Source: an uncultured Gammaproteobacteria bacterium (GTDB lineage Bacteria; Pseudomonadota; Gammaproteobacteria; UBA9214). From it: 64,000 nt of DNA. The stretch covers positions 107,843-171,842 of the forward strand of contig CAWHCQ010000012.1 of the NCBI GenBank assembly GCA_963827755.1, in the 5' to 3' direction. Of this stretch, positions 21,351-35,050 are shown piece after piece. The position numbers and the translations under genes were made by a program. The notes under the pieces were generated by a model that searched no databases, was not told the DNA's origin, and saw nothing but the letters and a program-made list of their open reading frames with translations. The stretch's first letter is position 1, and every line of letters starts with the position of its first letter.

Positions 21351-21674
21351 TTACAGCTCTTTGATCGTTCCCTTCGGCATGAGCATGGAAACTGCATGGC
21401 GCTGAACTTTCAGGTTCACACCGTCGGCAACCTCAAGCTCTATAAAATTGTCCCCGAGCTTTACAATCTTTCCCAGCACACCGCCGTTGGTAACAATCTC
21501 GTCGCCCTTGGCCAGCGCCCCGATCATCAGTTTCTGTTCCTTGGCCTTTTTACTTTGCGGGCGAATCAACAAAAAATAGAAGATGACGAAAATGACAATC
21601 AACGGTAAAAAACTTGTCAGCGCATCACCCTGTGCCTGGGGCGCTGCCATCGCATCTGAGATAAAGAAATTCAT
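21351..21674 (-). CDS. yajC: preprotein translocase subunit YajC
   Basis: Motifs FYFLLIRPQ and GDEIVTNGG; tgt-yajC-secD synteny. Confidence 0.96.
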   Translation of the reverse strand: MNFFISDAMAAPQAQGDALTSFLPLIVIFVIFYFLLIRPQSKKAKEQKLMIGALAKGDEIVTNGGVLGKIVKLGDNFIELEVADGVNLKVQRHAVSMLMPKGTIKEL

Positions 21675-21776
21675 GCCTGCTGTTCACTCCTTAAATAGGT
21701 TTGTATCCCGGTTCATCGAACGGCTGATCCGCCCGTACTGCCCGTACCGGCCGGACTGCCCCGGCCAAAGCGGGCA

Positions 21777-22907
<1,131 letters not shown>

Positions 22908-23944
22908 CTAATCAGCCGCACGGCGGTTGATAAACATCGCATCGCCATAACTGTAAAAACGGTATCCGGCCTCAATGGCGTGCCGGTAGGCCGACATTGT
23001 CGTTTCATAGCCTGCAAAGGCCGACACCAGCATCAGCAAGGTCGACTCCGGCAGATGAAAATTGGTTAACAGCGCATCAACACACTGAAATTGATAGCCG
23101 GGGGTGATAAACAGATTGGTTTCTCCCCGGCCGGCTTTCACTACCCCGTCTTGTGACCGCAGACTCGAGACTGCGAACCACGGTCGTGCCAACGGCAACC
23201 ACGCGCCCGCCATTTCTGCGGGTTTCTTCAATCCTGCTACTGGTCGCTTCACTTACCTCATAGTATTCGTAATGCATGACATGGTCGGCCAGGTCCTCAA
23301 CCCGCACCGGCTGAAAGGTTCCCGCGCCGACATGCAGGGTAACGAAGGCCGTATCGATGTCACGCGCAGCGAGTTGCTGCATTATGTCCGGCATCAAAAT
23401 GCAGGCCGGCAGTCGGCGCCGCGACCGCCCCGGGTACCCGGGCATAAATGGTCTGATAACGTTCATGGTCGACGGGTTCATCCGCCCGCTTTATGTACGG
23501 GGGCAACGGCACATGGCCATACGCCTGCAACTGCTCCATGACCGTTTGCCCCGGCGGAAATTCAAGCCGGAACAGGTCGGCATCACGGCCTTTGACCTCG
23601 ACCGTGAGGGCGTCTTCAAGTATCAGGCGGGTACCCGGCCCCGGTGATTTGCTGGCTCGTACCTGCGCGAGCACCTCATGCCTGCCGGTAATACGCTCTA
23701 CCAGCACCTCTATCCTGCCGCCGGATTCCTTGATCCCCTGCAGGCGCGCCGGTATCACACGCGTGTCATTGAAGACCAGCAAATCCCCGGGCATCAGCAT
23801 GCCGGGGAAATCCTGAAAAAGGGCATCGCGGAGTTCGTCACGACCAGGATCAATATACAAAAGGCGGCTGGCGCTGCGCTGCCTGCCCGGACGGGATGCA
23901 ATCTGTGTTTCCGGGAGATGGTACTGAAAATCACTGCGCTGCAT
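22908..23944 (-). CDS. queA: S-adenosylmethionine:tRNA ribosyltransferase-isomerase (frameshifts near 23390 and 23160)
   Basis: Three frames carry [27 protein letters not shown], then [12 protein letters not shown], then [17 protein letters not shown]. Confidence 0.92.
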
Positions 23945-24034
23945 GGCGCGCGATGGTAGCACAGGGCCCGGAAAAACCTCAGTGAGACTGCTTGCCCGGT
24001 AGCCGGGAATCTTTATACTAGGCAGGCTCTGATT

Positions 24035-24120
24035 GCCGGGGTGGCGGAATTGGTAGACGCGCCTGACTCAAAATCAGGTGGCCTTTGGTCGTGCGAGTTC
24101 GATTCTCGCCCTCGGCACCA
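24035..24120 (+). tRNA. tRNA-Leu(CAA)
   Basis: Cloverleaf with anticodon arm CCTGA-CTCAAAA-TCAGG, long variable arm, GTTCGA and 3' CCA; divergent from queA. Confidence 0.95.
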
Positions 24121-24208
24121 TCAGGAATATGATTTATCGAAAAGCAAGCGGCCGAAACTGAAGGCCCGCACGATGCGTGAACACCCTACCCCTAACTGCT
24201 AGAAAGGT

Positions 24209-26774
24209 TTGTACATGCCAGGCACCCGTTTTGTACTTGAAGTCCAGCCCATTATCCCCGCAGCGCTGAAACGCCTCGAGGAACTTGCCAGCGATCTTTT
24301 ATACAGCTGGGACCGGCAAGTCAGGCGGCTGTTCACGCGGCTTGACAAAGACCTGTGGGGAAGCTGCGGCCACAATCCGAAAACGTTTTTACGGCGGATC
24401 TCGCAACAGCGTCTCGAAGCAGCCGTCGAAGACCGGGTCTTCATGGAAGACTTTCAGCGCGTGCTGTCCGCCTACGACACCTATCAGGAACAGAGCATGC
24501 ACCCGGGGCTTGAGGAACACATCAGCGCCGATTCTGACCTGATCGCCTATTTCTGTGCCGAATTCGGCTTTCATGAAAGCCTGCCGATTTATTCCGGTGG
24601 GCTGGGAATTCTTGCCGGCGACCATTGCAAGGCTGCCAGCGACCTGTGCATCCCGTTCATTGCCGTGGGCATTCTCTACCGCCAGGGTTACTTCATCCAG
24701 AGAATCGATGAGCACGGCAACCAGATTTCACACTACACCCCGTCTGACTTTCACCAGTTACCGGTAAGCCAGAGCGTCGACAAGGATGGCAAGCCGCTGG
24801 TTATTTCGATTGATTTTCCGGGCCGGAAGGTTTTTCTGCACGTCTGGGAAGCACGTGCCGGCCACATAAAACTGTACTTGCTCGACAGTGACCTGAAAGA
24901 AAACCAGGAACATGATCGCATTATTACCCACCAGCTTTACGGTGGCGACAAGACCACACGCATCCAGCAGGAAATCGTGCTTGGAATCGGCGGGGTACGG
25001 GCATTACGCACCCTGGGCATCGAACCAACCGTGTGGCATATCAACGAAGGCCATTCCGCCTTCCAGATTCTGGAACGCTGCCGGGAATATGTACAAAAAG
25101 GCCGGAATTTTTCACAGGCGCTGGAACTCATCGCCTCCGGTACGGTGTTCACCACGCACACACCCGTCGCGGCCGGCCATGACATCTTTGAGCACGGCCT
25201 GATCTCCAGCTACTTCCGCGACTATATCAATGAACTGGGCATTGATATGCAGCAATTTCTGGCCCTCGGCACCACACCGGATTCCCATGGCGGGTTCAAC
25301 CAGACGGCATTCGCACTGCGCGGATCACGTTTTCATAATGGCGTCAGCCGCATCCATGGCGGCGTGGCCTCGGAAATGGAACACTACATCTGGCCCGAGG
25401 TGCCGCACAGGGAAAACCCCATCAGCTATGTCACCAATGGCGTACACCTGCAGACGTTCCTCGCGCGTGAGTGGTCAAACCTTTATGACATGCGCTTTGG
25501 CCGTGCCTGGCGTGATGAATTGCTGAACCGGGAATACTGGGAACGAATAGACGAAATACCCGATCACAGCTACTGGAGTCTGCGCCAGTCAGCTGAAAAC
25601 CGAGCTGTTTGAAAATGTACTGCACCGTGCCCTGCTGCAGTATCGCCGTAACGGCTGCAGCGAAGCGCTGATGGACAAGTTAACAACGAACCTGGCACCC
25701 GGTAACAGCGACATTCTGACGGTTGGCTTTGCCCGCAGGTTTGCCACCTATAAACGTGCAACCCTGCTGTTCTCCGATCCGCAACGACTCAGCCGCCTGC
25801 TGACGAACCCGGAACGGCCGGTACTATTGATCTTTGCAGGCAAGGCACACCCCAGTGATTTACCGGGGCAGGAACTGATCCGCACCATTCACGAGTTCTC
25901 CCTGAAACCTGAGTTCATCGGGCATATCCTGTTGCTTGAAGGCTATGACCTGGCACTGGGACGCAAGCTGGTTACCGGCGTGGATGTCTGGCTGAACACC
26001 CCGGAATATCCACTCGAGGCCAGCGGCACATCCGGACAAAAGGCCGCAATGAACGGCGTCATAAACCTCAGCGTCCTCGATGGCTGGTGGGCTGAAGGAT
26101 ATAATGGCGAAAACGGCTGGGCCATCACCCCGCATGAACCCCACTTCGACGCGGGCTACCGCAATCATGAAGAAGCCACCGAATTACTGGACTTGCTGGA
26201 AAACAAGGTAATCCCGCAATACTACAACCGCGATGGCCAGGGTTATTCTGAAGACTGGGTGAGGATGTCAAAAGCATCCATGAAATCAAGCATCCCTGAC
26301 TTCAATGCCCAAAGGATGGTCAGGGACTACGTTACCAACTGCTATGGTCCGGCAAGCCGTCAAAACAAACGCCTGCGTGAAAACAATTCAAGCGGTGCAC
26401 AGAAACTGGCTGAATGGAAGGCCAGAATAAACCGCTCCTGGGACTCGGTAAAACTGCGCCGCATAGACAAATCAGGCAATTCCCTGACAGCCGGACAAAG
26501 CCTCAAATTGGGAGTGGCGGCAAGCCTCGGGGAATTAACGGCATCTGATGTAGTCCTGGAATGCCTGGTCGGCACAGAATCCGCACACGAAAAGTTCATC
26601 GTGCACAATAAAATACAACTGCAAAGCAGTGGTGCCAATAAAGAAGGCGAGGCCTTGTTCGAGCTGGACCTGGAACCGCCACTGACCGGCCTGCAATTCT
26701 ACAAACTGCGTCTCTACCCGAGCCACCCGTTGTTGAGTCACCCTTTCGAGACAGGTCGCATCATCTGGCTATAG
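24209..26774 (+). CDS. glgP: alpha-glucan (glycogen) phosphorylase (apparent frameshift near 25590)
   Basis: YSGGLGILAGD, NEGH and TNGVH in the first ORF; RRFATYKR and the PLP site EASGTSGQK in the second. Confidence 0.92.
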
Positions 26775-26782
26775 ACTGGTGC

Positions 26783-28240
26783 TCAGCTACACCGGCCAGC
26801 TTGTTTAACCAGCGCTCGCAAGCGTTCGGGCAGCGTCTCCGGGACCTGGCTCCAGTCGAACCGCCAGCGCCAGTTGCCGCCGAGACTGCCCGGTGTATTC
26901 ATACGGTGTTCGCTGCCCAGTGCAAGCAAGTCCTGCAAGGGGATGATTGCAAGCACGGCTTTTGATTCCAGCGCCGCCCTGATTAACGGCCACGGCATGT
27001 CATCTTCCGTGGTTCCCAGGTATTCATGCACGAGCCGCTGCAGTTCGCTGCTGGCGCTTGCATACCATCCGAGTGTCGTATCGTTGTCATGCGTGCCCGT
27101 GTAGACCACGGACAGGGGCTCGTGATTTTTCGGCAGGTATGGATTATCCGGCCCGCTTTCAAATGCAAATTGCAGAATCTTCATTCCGGGAAATCCGTAC
27201 TGCAGGCGCAATGCATCCACCTCCGGGGTGATAACACCAAGATCTTCCGCCACCAGCGGCAGCTCGCCGAATTCCTGCACAAGCGCATTGAGCAGGTCTT
27301 CACCGGGACCGTCCACCCAGCGCCCGTTAACCGCCGTCTCTGACGCTGCCGGGATCTCCCAGTATTTTTCAAAACCCCGGAAATGATCCAGGCGGATAAT
27401 ATCGAACAGGTCCAGCTGGGTACGAAACCGGTCCACCCACCAGCCATAATTACGCTGCTTGAGCACATCCCACCTGTACAGGGGATTGCCCCAGCGCTGA
27501 CCGGTCACCGAGAAATAATCCGGTGGCACACCGGCAACCACATCGCTCGCGCCGGCCTCGTCTATCGTAAACAGGTCACGGTTGGCCCAGACATCAGCAC
27601 TGTCGTGGGCCACGTATATCGGCATATCCCCGAACAGCAGGACACCGCGTTCATTCGCGTAGGCCCGCAAGGCATACCATTGTGAAAAAAACAGGTATTG
27701 TTCAAAACAGGCCTGCTCGATCAGGCCGGCGTGGCGCTCGCTGAATTCGCCCAACGCCCGTGGTTCCCGGTCGCGCAGCGCCGGCTCCCACTCAAACCAG
27801 GATCTGTGCTGGTGTGTCTGCCGGATTGCCTGGTAAGCGGCATAGTCAGACAACCAGTAGCCGTGGGTCTGCTTGAATTCAAGATAATCTTTTTTTTCAG
27901 AAGCTTGCGCAGCATTCACAAATTCTGCATGAGCTTCGATCAGGCAGTCCTGCAGGGACAAGGTGTGGCGCAGCGAGGGCTTCAGCCAGCCACGCACGAC
28001 CAGCTCATCCAGGTTGATGAAGCTGGTGTTGCCGGCGTGTACAGACAGGCACTGGTAGGGAGAATGATCGGCGTGGGTCGGACCCAGCGGCAGTGTCTGC
28101 CAGACGCTGAATCCCGAATCCTGTAAAAAATCGATGAAGCGACGCGCTTCATTTCCCGAACCGCCCGTGTCATGCGCCCCCGGCAGGGATGACGGATGCA
28201 ACAACACCCCGGCGCGACGCTCTGTCAGATATTTATGCAA
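26783..28240 (-). CDS. malQ: 4-alpha-glucanotransferase (GH77)
   Basis: Motifs LHPSSLPG, GVPPDYFS, RLDHFRG, AEDLG and YTGTHDN. Confidence 0.95.
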   Translation of the reverse strand: MHKYLTERRAGVLLHPSSLPGAHDTGGSGNEARRFIDFLQDSGFSVWQTLPLGPTHADHSPYQCLSVHAGNTSFINLDELVVRGWLKPSLRHTLSLQDCLIEAHAEFVNAAQASEKKDYLEFKQTHGYWLSDYAAYQAIRQTHQHRSWFEWEPALRDREPRALGEFSERHAGLIEQACFEQYLFFSQWYALRAYANERGVLLFGDMPIYVAHDSADVWANRDLFTIDEAGASDVVAGVPPDYFSVTGQRWGNPLYRWDVLKQRNYGWWVDRFRTQLDLFDIIRLDHFRGFEKYWEIPAASETAVNGRWVDGPGEDLLNALVQEFGELPLVAEDLGVITPEVDALRLQYGFPGMKILQFAFESGPDNPYLPKNHEPLSVVYTGTHDNDTTLGWYASASSELQRLVHEYLGTTEDDMPWPLIRAALESKAVLAIIPLQDLLALGSEHRMNTPGSLGGNWRWRFDWSQVPETLPERLRALVKQAGRCS

Positions 28241-28264
28241 GTGGGATGTGCCGGGCTGTCCGTA

Positions 28265-29971
28265 TCAACCTGTAAACTTTCCCTTGCGCATTGCGCCACC
28301 ATCGACCGGTGCGCCGCTGCCGTGGGCAAAGACATGGCTCAGATATTCCGGGGGCTCCCTGCCGAGCATGCTGTAGAGGTTGGACAGGTGCACGCGAAAG
28401 AGTCGCTCGAAGTCACTCACCGTGTCCGCAGAGTTGTAGTCGCCAAACCACCAGAACCAGTCGGAGCCTTCACAAATGGATAACTGGTGCTGGGCAGCAA
28501 GCATCTGTTCGCTATCCAGACTGCCTGCGGACATGACCTGGTCAAAGACCTGCTTCGCGTCGCCCAGCATCTCCCAGCCACGGTTTTTGTCCGGGTCACC
28601 GATCCAGGTAGAGAACGTACCGTATACCCAGCTGCCGCTGACCAGTTTTTTGATAGCAGGCAGCTTTTTATGATTCTCGAGGTATTCAGAGTAGGTGGTC
28701 ATATTCAGATCAGGATGCTCGGAGAGTCTTTTGTAGAGCGTATTCAGAAAGTGGAACCCGTTTTCCGGAAAATGTTCCCAGGCATTTTCACCATCGAGGA
28801 TTATCGAAACCAGCGGATGCGTCTGCCCGCGGCAAGCCTCGGCAATATTATCAAGATGCTGGATCAGGTTGGCGACGGCATCATCGGCATGCCAGTCGGA
28901 ATAGGTAAACCCGATAAGATCGGAGAGGCCGTCATCGCGGAAAAAACAGGCCGTTTTTCCGCCTTCTACCCTGAATGGCTGGTACAGGCTGGCCTCCTTC
29001 AGGGACACATTCGCCGGGTTGGCCATACTGTGGCGAAATACCGATTCGCCACTGGCTGCCCATGTAAAGCCGTATTCCTCCAGCAGGGCCAGGGTCGCCT
29101 TGCTGACACTGCCTTCCGAGGGCCAGCAGCCGGCCGGTCGGGCCCCGAAGTACTCCTCGAACGTGGCAATACCCTCTTCAATATGCCAGCGGGCGCGTTC
29201 CTCACCACCGGGATAGGCCTGCAGGCGGGGCATGGTTATATCCGGCATGGCATCCCGCGCGGTCTCGAGATCCAGCATCAGGGGAATGATCGGATGGGCA
29301 TAAGGTGACATGGACAGCTCCACCTGGCCACGTTCAAGCAGCGTCCGGTAGCCGTCGATCACGCTGGAGAGCAGTTCGCCGATGAGTTTCAGCAGCTGGC
29401 GGCGATCATGGATGGTGAAGCCATTGCCCTTCTCCATCAATGTTTCCACCAGGGCGTTATTGCGGCGAACCGTTTCCCCCATCCAGGCCAGGTGGTACCA
29501 GACCAGCAAATCAATAATGAACTGGTCACCGACATAGAGCATGCCGGTGGGATGCCGGCTGAACCAGCCGGCCATTTCCGCCAGGCTCTGGTAGGCTGAA
29601 AAACGCTTGATGGAACGCAGTTCATTTGCCTTCAGGCAGGCACTGATCAGGCCCATCCTGTGATTTTTTCCGCTAGGTAATACCGGGCATGCCAGCGCAC
29701 TCAGCAACGGATCGCGAATGGCCTTGTTTTCAGAGAGAAAGCCGTTGATCTGGCCGGCATAGTCTGACAGCTGCTCCAGCAATATGGGTGCAAAATTAAC
29801 CACCGCCCGGGCACCCGGTACGGCTTCAAGATGTGCCGCCATATCGATGTAATCCTTGGTGGCATGCAGGTAGGACCACGGCAGCTGATAAATGCCGCTG
29901 ATCTGGTCACAATATTGTGGCTGGTGCATATGCCAGCAAATGACAACATTCAGCGACTGCTTACCTGACAT
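28265..29971 (-). CDS. glycoside hydrolase family 57 protein
   Basis: GH57 motifs [25 protein letters not shown] and EGSDWFWW. Confidence 0.9.
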   Translation of the reverse strand: MSGKQSLNVVICWHMHQPQYCDQISGIYQLPWSYLHATKDYIDMAAHLEAVPGARAVVNFAPILLEQLSDYAGQINGFLSENKAIRDPLLSALACPVLPSGKNHRMGLISACLKANELRSIKRFSAYQSLAEMAGWFSRHPTGMLYVGDQFIIDLLVWYHLAWMGETVRRNNALVETLMEKGNGFTIHDRRQLLKLIGELLSSVIDGYRTLLERGQVELSMSPYAHPIIPLMLDLETARDAMPDITMPRLQAYPGGEERARWHIEEGIATFEEYFGARPAGCWPSEGSVSKATLALLEEYGFTWAASGESVFRHSMANPANVSLKEASLYQPFRVEGGKTACFFRDDGLSDLIGFTYSDWHADDAVANLIQHLDNIAEACRGQTHPLVSIILDGENAWEHFPENGFHFLNTLYKRLSEHPDLNMTTYSEYLENHKKLPAIKKLVSGSWVYGTFSTWIGDPDKNRGWEMLGDAKQVFDQVMSAGSLDSEQMLAAQHQLSICEGSDWFWWFGDYNSADTVSDFERLFRVHLSNLYSMLGREPPEYLSHVFAHGSGAPVDGGAMRKGKFTG

Positions 29972-31229
29972 GGTGAAGTTCCTGGTCCAGCATCTCGGGC
30001 GTCACCAGTACAACCCCGCCCGGGCTGACATAAAACCGCTCTGCATCGGACTCGGGATCCTCGCCGATGACGGTACCGGCAGGCAGCACGCAGCCCTTGT
30101 CGATGATTGCCCGGGTAATATGGCAGTCACGCCCGATGCGCACATTCGGCAAGGCAACCACATCCTCCAGTTCCGAGTAGGAATTTACCCTGACATTGGA
30201 AAACAACAGGGAATGTCGAACCGTGGCGCCGGAGATGACGCAACCGCCAGAGACCATTGAATCCAGTGCCATGCCGCGCCGCTTTTCATCGTCGAAAATA
30301 AACTTGGCAGGAGGCAATTGTTCCTGGTAGGTCCAGATTGGCCAGTTTTCATCGTACAGGTTCAGTTCCGGGAGAACCCCGATCAGCTCGAGGTTGGCAG
30401 CCCAGAAGGAGTCGATGGTTCCCACATCACGCCAGTAGGCAGATTGCGTATCATGGGTATCCCTGAAGAAGTAAGTCATCACCCGGTACTTCTCTACAAG
30501 GCGCGGAATGATGTCTTTGCCGAAGTCATGGGTTGAATAGGATTCATCTGCATCCCTGATCAACTGCTCGTAGAGGAAGGCCGTGTTGAAGACATAAATG
30601 CCCATCGAGGCCAGCGCCGTGCCCGGCTGACCGGGTATTGGATCAGGCTGCTCCGGTTTCTCCTTGAAACTTAATACCCGCCCCTCCTCGTCGACAGACA
30701 TGACACCGAATGCCCTGGCAGTTTCCAGTGGCACCTCGATGCAACTGACTGTCAGGTCCGCTTTCGATTCCACATGCTTGGCAATCATGGTCCCGTAGTC
30801 CATCTTGTAGACATGATCACCTGCCAGTATCAGCACATAGTCCGGCTTGTGGGTGCGGATGATATCGAGGTTCTGGTAGACCGCATCGGCCGTTCCGGCA
30901 TACCAGGAATCCTGAATGCGTTGTTGTGCCGGCAGCAGCTCGATGAATTCCTTGAATTCTCCGCGCAGAAAACTCCAGCCGTGCTGGATGTGCTGGATCA
31001 GTGAATGCGCCTTGTACTGTGTCAATACCCCGATCATGCGAATACCGGAATTCAGGCAGTTGGATAAGGGAAAATCAATAATCCGGAATTTCCCGCCGAA
31101 GGGGACCGCGGGCTTGGCCCGCCACAGCGTTAATTGCTGCAGGCGCGAACCGCGCCCGCCAGCGAGAATCAGCGCCAGCGTATTGCGGGTAATACGGCTG
31201 ACAAAGCGCATATCTTGAGTGAGTGGCAT
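29961..31229 (-). CDS. glgC: glucose-1-phosphate adenylyltransferase
   Basis: Motifs [24 protein letters not shown] and SMGIY; likely start 31229 with an AGGA RBS. Confidence 0.96.
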   Translation of the reverse strand: MPLTQDMRFVSRITRNTLALILAGGRGSRLQQLTLWRAKPAVPFGGKFRIIDFPLSNCLNSGIRMIGVLTQYKAHSLIQHIQHGWSFLRGEFKEFIELLPAQQRIQDSWYAGTADAVYQNLDIIRTHKPDYVLILAGDHVYKMDYGTMIAKHVESKADLTVSCIEVPLETARAFGVMSVDEEGRVLSFKEKPEQPDPIPGQPGTALASMGIYVFNTAFLYEQLIRDADESYSTHDFGKDIIPRLVEKYRVMTYFFRDTHDTQSAYWRDVGTIDSFWAANLELIGVLPELNLYDENWPIWTYQEQLPPAKFIFDDEKRRGMALDSMVSGGCVISGATVRHSLLFSNVRVNSYSELEDVVALPNVRIGRDCHITRAIIDKGCVLPAGTVIGEDPESDAERFYVSPGGVVLVTPEMLDQELHHVR

Positions 31230-31359
31230 CAAAACATCCTGTTCAATGGGTTCGGGCAAGGACGTTATTGTATGGGCAAGTCCATTGACTGTATAGTTAC
31301 CTCGCGATACCGGCTGATTGCCCGAATACCCGACAGCGACACTCAGGAAATATTGATTC

Positions 31360-33561
31360 ATGCAGGATTCTGATACAGCCAATTCTCCATCATCCGGACA
31401 CTCCCCGGAGATAATCCGGCTGCTCGAAGCACGCCACCATGACCCGTTTACCCTGCTCGGAAAACACGGCTATGCTGAAAAGGACCTGGTGCGGGTTTTT
31501 ATCCCCGGCGCCGCCTGGGTGCGAATCGCAGAAAACGGGGCCTCTCTGAAACGTGTCGGCAATACCGATCTGTTTGAGTGGCATGGCCCCGCCGGGCAGG
31601 TGCCGAACCATTACCGGCTGATCTGGTGTGACCGCTACGGGGCCGAGCACGTGGCCTATGACCCTTACTGTTTCCCGGCGCAACTCTCGGAATTCGACCT
31701 GCACCTGTTTGGAGAAGGACGGCACTGGCATATTTACCGCGTGCTTGGCGCGCACAAGGAGCAGATTGACGGCATCAACGGTGTCCGCTTCAGCGTCTGG
31801 GCGCCCTCGGCGGAACGTGTCAGCGTGGTCGGTGATTTCAATAGCTGGGATGGCCGCTGTCACCCGATGCGGGTCAGTGGCGGAGGCGGTGTCTGGCAAC
31901 TTTTCATTCCCGGGCTGGGTGCCGGTCAACCCTATAAATACGAGATTCGTACCCGCCCGCATGGCAGGATTCTGCTGAAAACCGATCCCTATGGCCAACA
32001 CTTCGAGCTGCGCCCTGCCAATGCTGCACGCATCCCGGAAAACAGGCCTTATCACTGGAAAGACAGCAGCTGGATGCAACAACGTCCCGATTCGGACTGG
32101 CAGCACATACCGATTTCTATTTACGAGGTGCATCTCGGCTCATGGAAACGTGATCAGCATGGCGACTTCCTCGATTACCGCACCCTTGCGATCGAGCTGG
32201 TCGAGCATGTGAAACAGACCGGCTTCACTCACATCGAATTGTTGCCGGTTACCGAGCATCCGCTCGATGCTTCCTGGGGCTACCAGACGACCGGCTACTT
32301 TGCAGCGACCAGCCGTTTCGGCAACCCGGATGATTTCCGTTTCTTCGTTGATTACTGCCATCAAAACAACATCGGTGTCCTGCTGGACTGGGCACCGGCG
32401 CACTTTCCAAGAGACGCACATGCGCTGGCCAGCTTCGATGGCACGGCATTGTATGAACATGCCGACCCGCGTCGCGGTGAACACCTGGACTGGGGCACAC
32501 TGATCTACAACTACGGCCGCAACGAGGTCAGGAATTTCCTGCTTTCCAGTGCGATTTACTGGCTGGAGGAGTTTCATATCGATGGCCTGCGCGTCGACGC
32601 GGTTGCCTCCATGCTCTATCATGACTATTCACGCAAGTCCGGTGAGTGGCTTCCCAACATCCATGGTGGTCGCGAAAACCTTGAAGCCGTTCACTTTCTG
32701 CGCGAGCTCAATACCGTCACCCATGCCGAGTATCCCGGGACCCTGATCATCGCGGAAGAATCCACCGCCTGGCCCGGCGTCAGCCGGCCGGTTGATCATG
32801 GCGGTCTGGGCTTCAGCATGAAATGGAACATGGGCTGGATGCATGATTCCATACGCTACATGCAACATGAACCCGTACACCGGAAATACCATCACAATGA
32901 CCTGACATTCGGCCTGCTGTATGCATATACAGAAAATTTTGTACTGCCTTTTTCACATGACGAAGTCGTACACGGGAAAGGTTCCATGCTCTACAAGCAG
33001 ACCGGGGATGACTGGCAGCGCTTTGCCAACCTGCGACTTTTGTATACCTACATGTTTACCTTCCCGGGCAAGAAACTGCTGTTCATGGGGGACGAGATTG
33101 CCCAGGGAAACGAATGGAATTTCGATGCCAGCGTGGAATGGCACCTGCTGGAATATGAAGGCCACCGGGGCGTGCAGAAACTCGTCAGCGACCTGAACCG
33201 CATCTATCGCGATTATTCAGCGCTGCACCGGTTTGATTTCACCCCGGAAGGTTTTGAATGGATCGACGGCAATGCCTCCGAGCTTTCGATTCTTTCTTAC
33301 CTGCGCCGCGACGGCGACAATATTGTCATCGTGGTACTCAACTATACACCGGTACCACGCCATGCCTACCGGGTCGGGGTACCTGTGGCAGGCCAGTATA
33401 CTGAACTGCTCAATTCGGACTCCGATTTTTACGGCGGCTCCGATGTCGGCAATATCGGCCAGGTAAGCACCGAGGACGTGCCCTGGAACAACAAACCCTG
33501 CTCGCTGTCACTCTCCTTGCCGCCACTGGGTGGTCTCGTATTGCAATTGCAGACCGGCTGA
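31360..33561 (+). CDS. glgB: 1,4-alpha-glucan branching enzyme (GH13)
   Basis: Motifs [22 protein letters not shown] and SHDEVVHGK. Confidence 0.96.
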   Translation: MQDSDTANSPSSGHSPEIIRLLEARHHDPFTLLGKHGYAEKDLVRVFIPGAAWVRIAENGASLKRVGNTDLFEWHGPAGQVPNHYRLIWCDRYGAEHVAYDPYCFPAQLSEFDLHLFGEGRHWHIYRVLGAHKEQIDGINGVRFSVWAPSAERVSVVGDFNSWDGRCHPMRVSGGGGVWQLFIPGLGAGQPYKYEIRTRPHGRILLKTDPYGQHFELRPANAARIPENRPYHWKDSSWMQQRPDSDWQHIPISIYEVHLGSWKRDQHGDFLDYRTLAIELVEHVKQTGFTHIELLPVTEHPLDASWGYQTTGYFAATSRFGNPDDFRFFVDYCHQNNIGVLLDWAPAHFPRDAHALASFDGTALYEHADPRRGEHLDWGTLIYNYGRNEVRNFLLSSAIYWLEEFHIDGLRVDAVASMLYHDYSRKSGEWLPNIHGGRENLEAVHFLRELNTVTHAEYPGTLIIAEESTAWPGVSRPVDHGGLGFSMKWNMGWMHDSIRYMQHEPVHRKYHHNDLTFGLLYAYTENFVLPFSHDEVVHGKGSMLYKQTGDDWQRFANLRLLYTYMFTFPGKKLLFMGDEIAQGNEWNFDASVEWHLLEYEGHRGVQKLVSDLNRIYRDYSALHRFDFTPEGFEWIDGNASELSILSYLRRDGDNIVIVVLNYTPVPRHAYRVGVPVAGQYTELLNSDSDFYGGSDVGNIGQVSTEDVPWNNKPCSLSLSLPPLGGLVLQLQTG

Positions 33562-33665
33562 CGGACCCCGGGCGGGTGGCTGCGCTTTACAGGCCTTGCA
33601 AATACCGGCTGTAGCGCCTATCTGTTAAACAGGACTGTCGTGAAATCACTGCCGGAGATGCCATC

Positions 33666-34454
33666 ATGGAAACTATCAGGGAGCCTGCGGTAGCTGGCAG
33701 CTTTTATCCAGCCAACCCGCTGGAGTTAAGGTCAATGCTGCAAGGCTACCTGGCGCAGGCCGCTGCAGGCGGGCCTGCCCCGAAGGCAATGATCGTACCG
33801 CATGCCGGTTATATTTACTCAGGCCCGGTAGCAGCCAGTGGTTACGCCCGCCTGCTGCAGGCAGCCGATCGCATCAACCGGGTAATCCTGCTCGGACCCG
33901 CTCACCGGCTCGCATTCAGGGGGCTGGCAGTGCCCGACGCCGACGGCTTCAGAACCCCGCTGGGCATCATATCCCTGGACAAGCCCGCGATCCGGGAGCT
34001 GCTCGCCCTGCCGCAGGTCCATCTCAGTGAGGAGGCACACCGCCAGGAACACAGCCTGGAAGTACACCTCCCCTTCCTGCAGGCCACCCTGCATGATTTC
34101 ACCCTGGTACCGCTGGTGGTCGGGGACGCCTCACCCGCGGAGGTGAGCGAGATTATCGGGCATTTCTGGGACAGCCCCGGGACACTGATCATTATCAGTT
34201 CTGACCTGAGCCATTACCATGACTACGACACAGCGGTAAAACTCGACAAAATGACAGCACATGCCATCGAAAACCTGGCGCTGGAAAATATCGGCTATGA
34301 CCATGCCTGCGGCCGTAATCCCGTCAATGGCCTGCTGCTCTATGCCAGGGAGCATGGACTTGCTGCGCAGACAATCGACCTGCGCAATTCGGGCGACACC
34401 GCCGGCCCGCGCGACCAGGTGGTCGGTTACGGCACCTGGGTAATCAACCAGTAG
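33666..34454 (+). CDS. amrB: AmmeMemoRadiSam system protein B (MEMO1 family)
   Basis: Motifs RxPAVAGSFYP, VPHAGYIYSG, EHSLEV and SSDLSHY. Confidence 0.9.
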   Translation: METIREPAVAGSFYPANPLELRSMLQGYLAQAAAGGPAPKAMIVPHAGYIYSGPVAASGYARLLQAADRINRVILLGPAHRLAFRGLAVPDADGFRTPLGIISLDKPAIRELLALPQVHLSEEAHRQEHSLEVHLPFLQATLHDFTLVPLVVGDASPAEVSEIIGHFWDSPGTLIIISSDLSHYHDYDTAVKLDKMTAHAIENLALENIGYDHACGRNPVNGLLLYAREHGLAAQTIDLRNSGDTAGPRDQVVGYGTWVINQ

Positions 34455-34455
34455 C

Positions 34456-35049
34456 ATGACCTGCACACCTGAAGAACAAATGGGCCTGCTGCAGGTGGCG
34501 TTGGAATCAATTGAATCCGGCCTGGGATCAGGCAAACCGGCAAGCGGCGACAGCCGTGCAAGCATCGGGGCTCTCGATAAACCAGGTGCCAGCTTCGTTA
34601 CCCTGAAAAAACAAGGTGCGCTGCGTGGCTGTATCGGCACGCTTGAGGCACACAGGCGCCTGGTTGACGATGTTGCCGCCAATGCCTTTGCAGCGGCATT
34701 CCGCGATCCGCGTTTTGATAAACTGGCAAGCGAGGAACTGGACTCCCTGGAAATCGGAATTTCCATACTCGGACCCAGGGAAGCGCTCGTATTTGATTCA
34801 CAGCAGGCATTGCTTGACATGCTGCGCCCCGGCGTGGACGGCCTGGTTCTGCATGACGGCAATGCCAGGGCAACGTTTTTGCCTGCTGTCTGGGAGTCAC
34901 TACCGCAACCTGCGGCGTTTCTTGGGCAACTCAAGCAAAAAGCCGGGTTACCGGCCGACTACTGGTCGGATACGCTGGAGGTCTGGCGCTACACGACCGA
35001 ATCGTTTGCTGGCGCCGTTGCGGAAATAAGAAATTCGAAGGACAGTTGA
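34456..35049 (+). CDS. amrA: AmmeMemoRadiSam system protein A (AMMECR1 family)
   Basis: Motifs FVTL, LRGCIG, DPRF, ATFLPAVW and LKQKAG. Confidence 0.9.
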   Translation: MTCTPEEQMGLLQVALESIESGLGSGKPASGDSRASIGALDKPGASFVTLKKQGALRGCIGTLEAHRRLVDDVAANAFAAAFRDPRFDKLASEELDSLEIGISILGPREALVFDSQQALLDMLRPGVDGLVLHDGNARATFLPAVWESLPQPAAFLGQLKQKAGLPADYWSDTLEVWRYTTESFAGAVAEIRNSKDS

Positions 35050-35050
35050 T

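Noticed and set aside
24035-24208. tRNA-Leu as an integration site
   Set aside because: No integrase or duplicated tRNA 3' end was seen; glgP follows directly.
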